A program made the translations under genes and the position numbers. A stretch of DNA of 64,000 nucleotides from Podarcis gaigeae (lineage: Eukaryota), in the NCBI GenBank assembly GCA_964106915.2, contig OZ066915.1. One strand, written 5' to 3'. Below, piece after piece: positions 1 through 11,392 of this stretch (positions are counted from its first letter, which is position 1; each line of letters opens with the position of its first letter). A model generated the notes under the pieces. That model saw nothing but the letters and a program-made list of their open reading frames with translations. It did not search any database and was not told the DNA's origin.

Positions 1-694
1 TTCCTTTTTAGCTTACGACTGAAGGGCACTGAAATATACAAGTAAATATGAGAAAGAGAAACCACTTTCTTTCAGACATCAAAGACTTATCCATTGTCTT
101 GGAAGTCCTGCGCAAGTTTCAGAGGAATTATTGGCATAGTCTAACCCTTAGGGAGAAGTCTTCACAACATTGGTATTTAGGCTATTCTAACTTGCTCAGG
201 TAATCAGGTGACATTTTGAGAGGACATAAAAGTAATATTTTTCCTAGGAGAATTTGAGCAAATTATTTCTGAAAAGCAAAATGAACATGCAGGAAAGTTT
301 CTCAAAAAACTAGTAAAAACTCACTACAAATAAAAAAGAGAGATGTTTTCATGGAGCCCAACTTTATCTCAGAACCTTTTCCAGAGAAGAGGGTCAGAGA
401 AAATAGGTTCTAGGCATTCATTTTACAACCTACCTTCTCTGAGCTTCTTTTTACACCACTCTTAAGCTGAAAAAAATTCCAGAGGCAGTTTATAGAGATC
501 AGCTCTTTCCCTCAGGCTTACAATCTAAACAGCATGAAACAAAAGAAAAGGACTTTAGAAGGTAGGATAAAATGTTTAATACATGGCATTTGATTGCAAG
601 ATCATTATAAAAAACAATGTTTAGAACATAATTTTAGAGAATTTACAAAATTATATATTTTGTACTAGTATCACATCACAAGAAGTTATAATCT

Positions 695-695
<1 letters not shown>

Positions 696-726
<31 letters not shown>
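696..726. repeat. (CA)n microsatellite
   Basis: Pure AC run seen directly. Confidence 0.95.
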
Positions 727-729
<3 letters not shown>

Positions 730-1207
730 TAAACACAGTTTCTTTAATGTAAATATACTGAGTGATCTAGCATCAGTCTTACTCATTGTAGACCCATTGA
801 GAGCAATGGACTTCATTTCAGTGGGTATTTTCTAAGTATGAGTAGCACTGGATATTACCCATAGTTCATTTTGAAAATTGAATTACATTTTACTTTTTTT
901 AAAATGGGATAAGTGGGTTGTTCTCAATATAGCTCTTACATTAATGTTCCATCAGCACAAAGATTTTTGCTTGCACAATGTAACATTCCTTCCCTCTCCT
1001 TCCCTGCATGCCTCCTAAATCTGTTCCAGGAATCCCACAACCCCCTGGAGCTGATCTGGAGTGGGCATGGGGTGCAGAGAGCAGGGAAATCCCATGGCAT
1101 AAGCAAAAAATATTGTGCTGATGGGATTGGTTAGTTGAATGCCACCCTATGTTTATTTTAAAAAAATATTACATGCAACTTTCCCAACATTTTTCCAAAA
1201 CAGCTTA

Positions 1208-1433
1208 CAGTGGTACCTCAGGTTACATACGCTTCAGGTTACAGACTCCGCTAACCCAGAAATAGTGCTTTAGGTTAAGAACTTTGCTTCAGGATGAGAC
1301 CAGAAATCATGCTCCGGCGGCACGGCAGCAGCGGGAAGCCCCATTAGCTAAAGTGGTGCTTCAGGTTAAGAACAGTTTCAGGTTAAGTACGGACCTCCGA
1401 AATGAATTAAGTACTTAACCTGAGGTACCACTG
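1208..1433 (+). mobile_element. Tigger/pogo-like (Tc1/mariner superfamily) MITE, family A
   Basis: TIRs CAGTGGTACCTCAGGTTA...TAACCTGAGGTACCACTG, TA on both sides; near-identical copies at 2561, 4426 and 34209. Confidence 0.9.
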
Positions 1434-2560
1434 TACTTGACACACAGGGAGAGAAATGCAGTTGTACCTGTGTGGAAATAATATATATTTTTGGTAGTGG
1501 ACAGAAATTGTTTTTCAAATATCCTTATTGTTTAGTGTTCTGTAGCTTCTTGAGAATGCAGTGTTTGCCTCTTTAAGGCAAAGTGTCAGAAAAGGCAAGC
1601 ATTTTGCTAGGACTTATTTAAGCTCATTATTTGTTTCACAGTGGTCTGAGAGGGTGCCAGATATTATGCAGCACATATGAAATGAAATATTTGGTTTCTC
1701 TCTCTTAAGAGCTAAGAGCACTTTTGTTTCCTAATTGTTCTGGGATTCCAAAACCCCTTTCCAGTTTAATTCATGCCAAAATTTATAATTCCTGAAAGTA
1801 GCTGGGGGAATTTTTCACATGTGCCCTTTACCTTAATCAGAAAATGTGTTGTGTGAGATTTTTGTAGTTTTATTTCTTTTAAAAAAAACACTGCATCGGT
1901 GAAATTGTGCAAATGATATGTATCTCCATCTCCATTATTTTGGGTTTTGTATTGCTTTGTTTTAGGGGAGGGAAGAAAAGGCTTTGTTTGGTGGGCTAGG
2001 CTTTTATAAAATCTTACTTTGAAACAACTTCTGTAACCATCCTTAATTAAGGATCACCTTGTCAGTCCATTGGAAAGTCTTGAATAGGGATGGAATTTTC
2101 TGAAAATCTCAATGTCAAGCAGATTCACACTGATTTATTTATTTTTTAATTCTTTAAATAGGGAAATGGGCATGCTGTAGGCCAAAATTCTAAATGCATT
2201 TGTAGATTGCCCAGTATTATTCATATTGATTCTAATGGAAGGGTAAAACAGAATGGCCAAGAATGTATTAGCAACAAAAGCAAGTCTTTGAAAGAGATGC
2301 ATTCTAGTTGCCTTAAGGTGTTTGGGAGTTCAACTTCTTTCTCCCTGACTATTGGCCCTACTGGCAAGGGCTGATGGAAGTTGGAATCTGGATGCCTTAT
2401 GGGGACAACTGCCTGGTTTTTGGTATGCAGTGGTGGTGTTTTAAGCCAGCAAAAAAAAAAAAAAGCCTCCAAGAAACAAAGTACTATCAAAAAACTTTAA
2501 CAAACTTGTTGCTTATGCTTTTGTGGCAGCAAGAATATGTTTACACTTTGTAATGGTGTA

Positions 2561-2776
2561 CAGTGGTACCTAGGGTTACAGACACTTTAGGTTACAGACT
2601 CTGCTAACCCAGAAATAGTACTTCAGGTTAAGAACTTTGCTTCAGGATGAGAACTGAAATCGTGCAGCGGTGGCATGGCAGCAGCGGGAGGCCCCATTAG
2701 CTAAAGTGGTACCTCAGGTTAAGAACAGTTTCAGGTTAAAAACGTACCTCCAGAACGAATACCTGAGGTACCGCTG
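2561..2776 (+). mobile_element. Tigger/pogo-like MITE, family A
   Basis: TA|CAGTGGTACC...GGTACCGCTG|TA; interior matches 1208-1433. Confidence 0.9.
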
Positions 2777-2888
2777 TATATGGTAACTATTCATAAAAAT
2801 AAGTAACTATAATAACTTACAATATTATGTGCTGCATTTTGTATATTTGGCTTCATCATGGCTCATAGATTAGACCAGTATTCATTTA

Positions 2889-3125
2889 CAATGGTACCTC
2901 AGTTTTTGAACGTCTCCATTGAAGAACATTTCAGTTTTCGAACACCGTGAACCCAGAAGTAAATGCTTCAGTTTTCGAACACACCTCAGAAGTCGAAAAT
3001 GCCACGCAACTTCCACTGAGTACAAGATCCTGAGGCCTATCTGTCAGCTATTGAGTTTTCAGTTTTTGAATGTTTCAGAACTCAAATGGTCTTCCAGAAC
3101 AGATTACATTCAAAAACCAAGGTTG
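2889..3125. mobile_element. Tigger/pogo-like MITE, second family (right TIR degraded)
   Basis: Starts TA|CAATGGTACCTCAGTTTTTGAA; internal repeats of TTCAGTTTTCGAAC; ends TTCAAAAACCAAGGT. Confidence 0.65.
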
Positions 3126-4425
3126 TGGACTTCTTTGGTTCCTGGTGATGGTGGTTGTAAGCGACCACTTAGTGATAGCAGCTGGGAAATACAGTGTGCC
3201 CATGCACCCCTCCATGGGACATAATGTTCAAATCACACTGTTATGAAATGCCCCTGGTCAAATTATTGCAGACTGGAAGAGTTAAAACAGAGCACTTTGA
3301 TTTTAAATATTAACATTTCTCCCATCCCGAAGGTTCTTCTGAAATTCTAAGATCCCTTGCTATTTTTTCTGCATTTTTGTTTTTGAAATCTTCATTAACG
3401 TTAGTATAAAAATAGCAATAAAAAGAAAACAGTTTGTATTTTTTAAAATGTATGAAGTCCAGGAAGGTTGTGAAGCTGTGTTGTATATTCAGTAGATTGC
3501 AATGGCACAAAACAAAACAACAAGGCTTTTTTTCCCCTGGGGTGGGGGGTCTTGGGCCAGTGCCCCTTTAATATTTCAGTTTCTCTGAGTATGCATGATA
3601 CAGATCAGAAAGAAAGAAGAATAGATATTGCATGAAATGGTAATAATATGATCCTTTGATCAAAGTAACATCCTTTTGAAAAGAAAAAGTTTTTAAAGAG
3701 TCCAAAGCCAGCAATATACCAGCTGCTCCCATGACCTTCAAACAGCCTAGTTTCAGTCCAGAAAACAGCACCATTGGCAGGATGCAATAACTAGAAGGGT
3801 GTTTACATTAGAAAAATGGGCTCATAACACAGCAAGTCAGCACTGTGATAATAATTACTTGTCAAATGTTTATCTGGATAGCTACTTCCTTAACAATTGT
3901 AAAACCTTGAAGATAGATGAATAGCCCCATTTGGCCTTGCTTGCTGAGGAGTGCTGATGCTGAAGGATGATGATACCATGCTTGCTAATACTATCGGAAA
4001 TGTTTTAGTTCTTCTACGGGGAGGTCTGGGTGGCAGAGCTTCAATGAGCCGCAGGTGGGAGAAGGATGTGGCTGCTAGTTGACTCTACAAGCTGACATAG
4101 ATGCTTTTATTGTGCTGCATTTTGAAAGATGTAGAGAGCTGGATGTTGTCCTGACAGGAATGAGATGGAATGGTATCCCGTGGGGCTGGATGTGCTGATT
4201 GACAGCAGTAGGGAGGAAACGATCACCCTTCCTCAAAGAATGCCCAAAGCAGTGCTTAATTCAAAGCATATATAAATTTAATAAATAAATAAACATAAAT
4301 AAAAAAGCATAGCAATTTGGTTCTATTTGCACAACCCTGTTAATTTTTTCTTACTTACACTTTGGAAGAACCAAAAGCCTTTTTTTCATAATCTAAACTT
4401 AGCATAGTTCTGTTGGACTGAATTA

Positions 4426-4667
4426 CAGTGGTACCTCAGGTTACATATGCTTCAGGTTACAGACGCTTCAGGTTACAGACTCCTCTAACCCAGAAATAGT
4501 ACCTCGGGTTAAGAACTTTGCTTCAGGATGAGAACAGAAATTGTGCTCCTGCGGCACAACGGCAGCGGGAGGCCCCATTAGCTAAAGTGGTGCTTCAGGT
4601 TAAGAACAATTTCAGGTTAAGAATGGACCTCTGGAACAAATTAAGTACTTAACCCAAGGTACCACTG
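4426..4667 (+). mobile_element. Tigger/pogo-like MITE, family A
   Basis: TA|CAGTGGTACCTCAGG...CCAAGGTACCACTG|TA; one extra GCTTCAGGTTACAGAC subterminal repeat. Confidence 0.9.
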
Positions 4668-6546
4668 TATATCTAGATTTTAAACATGTGCTTTAGCAGC
4701 TGTGCCTGATGCTCTATCACCTATGAAGTAGGAAGCATGAGTAAAGTCCAGTTTAGAAGTGTCTTCTCTAAGTAATCATTATGTGGGCTTCTGATGGCTC
4801 AGCTCTCCAAGTGGAGGAGCTCAGAATCTGAAAAGGTTCTGCACCCATGCCTTAGGTCCTTAGGGATACACTAGACAAGGGCACAACTCTCTTCCTTCCC
4901 TCACTTCAGAAGTCATCTAAAATGCATTTTTTTCCTGCTGTTCTTCAGTCCTACAAGTCCCATAGCTGCGTCTGGCCTTTACATAACCTTACCTGTTGAG
5001 AGAATGCCTGTGTTAAATACTGTTATAGTCCTATTAGACAAACAGGTGTGATTTCACTGCTATTTAGGAGCTTTCAGTAGAAGTGGATTTGGACCATATA
5101 TTGAGGCACAAACAGAACAACCAGAGCGATAATCAGGGGTCTTCTCTTGTCAAGGCTGTTCTCAGTCATTGTGTATACTCAACAGCAAACCAACAGGCCT
5201 GCAGTTTATTATTTCAGATGCTTCTGGGAGAAAACCAAGGGAGTAAAAGCAATCACTTGCCTCAAAGCGTGTAAAATGGCAAAATCATTAATTTCATTCA
5301 AATCACAGAAATACCATTCAAATCTTCTATGCTGATGGTGAAACAGCAAGACAAATCCTCCCATTTTTTGTTATTATTCTTTGCAAATGTATTTAATCCA
5401 GGTGGGAAATGACTAATTTGTGCCTTTCACTTTACGGTGTTAAATGAAGGGTTTATGTTTCATTCAAAATCATGCTTTATTGCTCACAAACAGAATACAG
5501 GTGGAGATTATTTTTTCCTCATGAAATGATATCTGTGCAGAGGGCTCTTACAGCAGCTGTGGATCTATGCTGCATTTATGGTATTTAAAAATTTAGAATA
5601 CTATTAGAATGTGCCTTACCCCCACTGCATCGATAAATGTGCAGAACAGTGATGTAAGACGAGAACATAGCTTTGACATTTATCCTAGCAAACTCAGAAT
5701 CTATCATTTCCTCTGTGGAAATCGCAAGAAACCTCTTACACAAGGTAAAGGCAAAAACAGGCCAGGGACTAGTGGTTCTCCTGTTATAATAATACGTTCC
5801 TTTCCAGGAGAGAAGAACACTGTGTGCACAAGGAGCAGACACTTTAAAAAAAAAACAAAAAACTTTGCTGTTTGTTTAACTATGAATCATTTCACTGGCA
5901 GTGAAATATTTGAATTCTACTTTGACTCTCAAAATATTTTAGTAGAAGTAAATATTTAGTGGCAGCTTTGCTCAATTTTTATTTATTTTTTTACAATTCT
6001 CTCATTTGCTTTTATACACAAAGGGTGCCATCCTGTCTACACTTGCATGGGAGTAAGACCCACTGAACTCAATAGGACTTACTTCTGAGAAGACATTTAT
6101 TTTGTTTTTTTATCAAACCCTGCCCTTTGTTGTAACCTGCCCTGGGGTCTACAAACAAAGAACACAAAATTATTAAATATTAAAAGGAGTTGAAATAAAC
6201 GTTCCTTGACCAGCAGTCTGTGGCCCAGGCATGTACTATATCAAAAGCATGTCAAAAGAACCACCTTTTCAGTTTCTATCTAAAGCTAAGCCGGGTTTGT
6301 GCCAACCAAATGTCCCTGGCAGATGTGTTCCATAACTGGGGTGCTATAACTGGGTCCTAAGCCATGTAATACAGCATTTTATAGACTAAAAGTAGTGTTA
6401 TGCCACAAATTTTTTTGCTCTGCTTTGTGCTTTTCCTCAATCGAATGAGACAAGGAATTGCATTCGAATTGATAATTCTATGGATATATATATATATATA
6501 TGCAGGTTTTGGTGTCCTCGGGTGTCTTCCCGTGTAAAAGTTGGGG

Positions 6547-6596
6547 TGTCTAGGCGACGTTTCGACGAGGTCTCACTCGTCATCTTCAGGCTGGTG
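6547..6596 (-). ncRNA. minimal type I hammerhead ribozyme motif (left arm of palindrome)
   Basis: Exact reverse complement of the motif at 6891-6940. Confidence 0.7.
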
Positions 6597-6890
6597 CTTT
6601 CGGCTTCTTGTTACTGGAACAGAGCGGGATCTCAATGTTTGAGTTCCTATAAATACTGTAGAGGGGGTGTGGTGTCTAGCCTCCAATGTTCTGGGCAGAG
6701 AGGAAGTTCCCAGGCTAGTGTGCCTTTTCTTCTTTTGTTAATTAAGGAACAAAAGAAGAAAAGGCACACTAGCCTGGGAACTTCCTCTCTGCCCAGAACA
6801 TTGGAGGCTAGACACCACACCCCCTCTACAGTATTTATAGGAACTCAAACATTGAGATCCCGCTCTGTTCCAGTAACAAGAAGCCGAAAG

Positions 6891-6940
6891 CACCAGCCTG
6901 AAGATGACGAGTGAGACCTCGTCGAAACGTCGCCTAGACA
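6891..6940 (+). ncRNA. minimal type I hammerhead ribozyme motif (right arm of palindrome)
   Basis: CTGAAGA (6898-6904), extra T, stem II GACGAG/CTCGTC with TGAGAC loop, GAAA (6924-6927), CG, TC; predicted cleavage after C6931. Stem III is the palindrome ACGT. Stem I is weak (2 clear bp). Confidence 0.7.
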
Positions 6941-7017
6941 CCCCAACTTTTACACGGGAAGACACCCGAGGACACCAAAACCTGCATTCCTGTACCCGTG
7001 AAAATCTACGAAAGCAA

Positions 7018-7018
<1 letters not shown>

Positions 7019-7079
<61 letters not shown>

Positions 7080-7101
7080 ATATACACACACACATATACA
7101 C
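7019..7101. repeat. compound (TA)n(CA)n microsatellite
   Basis: Seen directly; continues the (AT)n at 6484-6500 on the other side of the PLE. Confidence 0.95.
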
Positions 7102-8087
7102 TGAGTGAAATGCAGAATTTTGTTCTATTTACCTTACATTCAAGGTTGTCAGGGAGTGTTTGTGACCTTTCTTTCATTCTATAAACCTCCTTCTTGGCTG
7201 CTTGCATTTCCTGAGAAAATCCCAGGAAATCCTCAGCTGGGTTTTCACATAAGCACAGGAAAGCAGGAAGGCTGCCAACTGTGCTCCTAACAGTTGTTCT
7301 TTATTATTATTTTAATAAAGCCATTTTAAAGTGAAGCCTTTTCTTACTAGAAATCAGTGTGGGAAGATAGTTTATAGAGGTTAAAAGAAAATCAATCAGC
7401 ATACAAAATCAATTGGTATCCAGCATCCCATGCTTCAGTTAAAGCCCAGGGAAAGATACCATGAGGTAACCCCTCCCATTAAGCTTTTTCCATTCAGGGA
7501 TATTGGGCACCTGGGGAGGCTGCAGAATAGTGGGGTAATGTTTAATGGAAACATTAAACATTGCCCATGGCCACTTTGCAACAATAAAAGTCAGCTCAAC
7601 CCTGTACCCACCAAAATTCTGAAGAAATTCAAAGGAAATTTGAAAGCATCCCGAGACAGAGGGAGAAAATTTGAAGTCTTTTCCACAGGGGAATTGATGA
7701 TGATGATGTTGTTGATGATGATGGAGAAACTGGACAAGACGTTTCAATACAGCACTAACTATAAAACATTGAATTGGGCTCAACTGGCAGTGAGTGCAAA
7801 TGTTGTGGCACTGCATGTGAGCTCTTTGAAACTCTTTACCACTATATTCCCATTGTTTGTACTTTGAGTAAGCATGCATCAATAGGTCACATGTGTCAAT
7901 ATTATTTTCATTGATTTTAGCTTGGATAAAATATTGGAACAGGTGTGGAATCAACATAGGACATTATTTTTATATTTAGACTTTTCCAGCATTGGTCCAT
8001 TTTTTCAGAGTTGTGGCTATATAATAGCTTTGATTGTTGACTGGTTTTGCTACTCCGATTTCCTGCATACTTAAAGTTTTGGCCAAT

Positions 8088-8795
8088 AATAATAATATTA
8101 TTATTATTAATAATAATAATAATAATAATAATAAATTTTATTTATATCCCGCCGCCCCCAGCCGAAGCCAGGCTCAGGGCAGCTAACACAATCAAATAAT
8201 CAAACAATCAAATAATCCAACATTCTAAAAACATTTCATTATAAAAATTAAAATCAAGTTAATGGCAACCGTTAAGCAAAATTCTGTGCAGGTTGCCAGA
8301 GGAGGGAGTCAGGCTGCGCCCTGACCAAAGGCCAGGTGGAACAGCTCTGTCTTGCAGGCCCTGCGGAAAGATGTCAGGTCCCGCAGGGCCCTAGTCTCTT
8401 GTGACAGAGCGTTCCACCAGATCGGAGCCGCAGCCGAAAAAGCCCTGGCTCTAGTTGAGGCCAGCCTAACCTCTCTGTGGCCTGGGACCTTTTTATTTGA
8501 AGACCGTAAGTTTCTCTGTGGGACATACCAGGAGAGGCGGTCCCGTAGGTACTCCACCAGGAGCCAGTGCAGCTGGTATAGCACCGGATGAATGTGATCT
8601 CTAAGCGAAGACCCCGTAAGGAGTCTCGCTGCAGCATTCTGCACCCGCTGGAGTTTCTGGGTCAGTCTCAAGGGCAGCCCCACGTAGAGCGAGTTACAAT
8701 AATCCAGTCTGGAGGTGACCGTCCCGTGGATCACAGTGGCTAGGTCAGGGCGAGAGAGATAAGGGGCCAACTGCTTAGCTTGGCGGAGATGTACA
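8088..8795 (-). mobile_element. L2 LINE 3' fragment (ORF2 C-terminus, 3'UTR, AAT/TTA tail)
   Basis: ORF 8309-8851 contains SRLDYCNSLYVGLP...KLQRVQNAAARLLTG...HIHPVLYQLHWL, typical of the L2 ORF2 end; simple-repeat tail at 8088-8140. Confidence 0.9.
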
Positions 8796-9984
8796 TTGTT
8801 CTGCAGGGTTCCCCCCCCCCCCCTTTTGATATTCTTTAAATTCCCCATCATTTTAAGTTTAGGAATGGAGCAATAGCCCGTCCTTCAACATTTCACTTTG
8901 CTGAAGGCCAGAGAGACCAAACCAGGTTCCCGTCTGTCTCTTGGAACAAAAGAAGCTGATTGCAGAGGTGTCACCAACTGGTGCAACCCTCTGGCCAAAC
9001 CGGAGTAATTTATAAGCTACTTGATTCACAAAGTTGAATGCCAATGCTAAATGCACTGTCTGTAGTCTGAATCCCTTTTTTAAAAAGAGAATGAAATCTT
9101 AATAACCATTTTAAGAAATAGATTTGCTTGTCTTCCACAGTAATCCCAAAGTCAAAATAGCTTTGCAGTTTGTTCACTTTGATTCCACATTAATCACTTG
9201 TTACATTTTAAAGGTCAATATGTAACTACTACTATTACATCTCAGAACACTAAAAAAGGCTTTGTTTACACATATTAGAATTAGACTCACTTAATATTTA
9301 AGTGTTCCTTTTTAAGGCAGATTGAATTCTTAAAAAAAAAAGCCAACGTAATTACAATTTTAACCCCCTTAATTGCTGCTTCAATTACTGATTTGGCTAT
9401 TTTGAATCACCAGCAGCATAATAAAGAAAGTGGAAAGGTTGTCTGTGGATATTGTTTGTCATTTAAAATTATAGTATAATGGCTCAGCTCTTCTGTATCA
9501 GAGTCATTATGTTGAGGATGAAATTATTTTGCTTGTTAAAGCTTAATAGGCTCGTGTTACATGATAAGCTGTTTTCTAGAACACATGCACTTGGTTTTGT
9601 TTGTTCATTCCATATTCCATATAAAGGCATTCTATGTAAAAAACTGCAAGTCTCTACTTGTGGGCAGATTTCAAGCCTGCTACTGAATAAATGATAAACA
9701 TCATACAGAATAGATTGTCTGAAGTGTTGGTCTGGAATTTTAAAGATGGTTTCTTCATCTTTTCTTGAACAAAATCTTAGTCTGGACCTAAGCTGAAGCA
9801 CAGTCAGTTTCCCCCCTTGTTAGACAAAATGAAAGAACATATCAATGAACAGAAAATTGCATATTAAGAGCATGGTTTTATTTTATTATTTTTTCTGCTA
9901 CCTGCTTAGCTGCTTTGAGCAATTGGAGGAAAGGATGCCAGTTGCTGGAAATCTTGGGGGAAGTGCTCTTGTGCTCAAATCCTG

Positions 9985-10087
9985 CTTGGGAGTTTCCCAC
10001 AGCCATCCAGTTAGTGACTGTGAGAACAGGTTTCTGGACTAAATAGACCATTGGCCTAAACAGGTATGCCCTTCTCATGTTTTTACC
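9985..10087 (+). mobile_element. degenerate CR1-type LINE 3' end
   Basis: CTGTGAGAACAGG...CTGGACTAAATAGACCATTGGCC...CTTCTCATGTTTTTA; similar to 59295-59390. Confidence 0.5.
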
Positions 10088-11282
10088 CCAGTTGGATCTC
10101 TCTTGCAATAGTCCTTCTGCTTTTTAACTGAGTAGGTGTCAGGAGTAATGTTTATTTCAGTATTTTGGGGTAGATCTAGAACTGAAATAGATAGTCAGCT
10201 ATCTAATTTTCCTTACCCATTTACCTCCTGGGTTGCCATGGTAAGGATGCGGGATATGGAAGTCCAAAGGGCTCCTAGAACACCATATGTCTGGTCAAAT
10301 GATGTGCACTATGGAAGAGAAAGGAACCCATACCCACTTGGCCCCTGCCCATTCAATAGGCTGAAATCATTTGCAACTGTGGTGGTCCACTGGGAGTTCA
10401 GACGAGGTAGAAGAAGGTCCAGCTCCTGCAGCTGCACATAAATCTGGACATAAAAACAATTATCTACTTGATTGTTTGTGCATGAATTGAGCAGATAATG
10501 TGAATAAATTCTGTGAATGTTATCATCACGTCTGGCTTGATGATTAAGTCAACATACATGAAAATGTCCCATCATCTTGAATGTGGAGCCATGAAATCTG
10601 TCAATCACCATTTCATTTGTGATTGCTGAACTCATTTGAAATTTCTCCAGTGTGAAATGACTTCTCCTTAGGTTTTTTTAAAAAATAAATAAAAGACAGG
10701 TTAGAAAGCTTCATGGATAGAACAGATGGGAGAAAAAAACTAGAAGTACTGTCTTTGCTGGGGCAAAGCAAGCTGTTAAAACAGTTCCCTTACTCCTTTA
10801 AACTGCAAAGGGGGTAGATGTTTCAGCAGCTTGGGTCCTAGGAGTGTGGTAAGCAGGGGTGGACCACCCCGTATGACCACCTGAGGTATAATGGGAATGT
10901 GCTGCCCCTTGCCCACGGCTCACTACCACACACTGCCTCACCTGCCACCCTGCCCTGCCTGCCCCACTACTTCTACTACTGCTGGAATGCCCCCCTCTTT
11001 CTGAACTTGCCAAGAGGGGGGCATTCTGCAAGACTTTGCTGCTCATCTTCTCCACCCCAGAGGTGGGAAAAATGAGTGGCAAGGCCACATGCTGGAGTGC
11101 CTCCCTCTTGCTAAACTCTGTGTGAGGACAGCTTTTCTAGCAGCACTGGAAGTGGTGGAAAGGGCTGGGTACCACCTCTTGCACTTTTGCCACCTGAGGC
11201 AACTGCTTCTCCCCACTTCATGGGTGGGCCAGCTCTGGTGGGGGAGGATATGGAAGATAGGTGTAATGGGAACTGCCTTGTA

Positions 11283-11392
11283 CCAGGGATTGAGGCAAGA
11301 GTCTTTCCTAGCTCTACTGTATGTTCCTGGGGGTGAACCTGAGACCTTTTGCATAGTAAGCACATGTTATACCACTGAAGCTGCAGCCCTTT
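11283..11392 (-). mobile_element. degenerate tRNA-derived SINE 5' part
   Basis: Minus strand gives AGGGCTGCAGCTTCAGTGGTATAAC (box A-like) ... GGTTCACCCCCAGG (box B-like). Confidence 0.5.

Larger units (their letters stand above)
6500..7018 (+). mobile_element. Penelope-like element (PLE) remnant: inverted pseudo-LTR pair plus 3' tail, inserted in (TA)n
   Basis: Perfect inverted repeat 6500-6739 / 6748-6987 with 8-nt spacer; 31-nt unpaired extension on the right arm only; hammerhead core in each arm; (TA)n on both flanks. Matches known PLE architecture. Confidence 0.8.

Noticed and set aside
6480-7091. ORFs 6480-6914 (+) and 6738-7091 (-) share an identical peptide
   Set aside because: A direct consequence of the DNA palindrome; both start in microsatellites and show no recognisable domain.
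7430-7957. Opposing ORFs of 145 and 172 aa
   Set aside because: Low-complexity (GAT)n stretch, no recognisable homology or convincing splice context.
10860-11240. GC-richer segment resembling an old hAT-type MITE
   Set aside because: Could not define matching TIRs or a TSD, so not listed as a feature.
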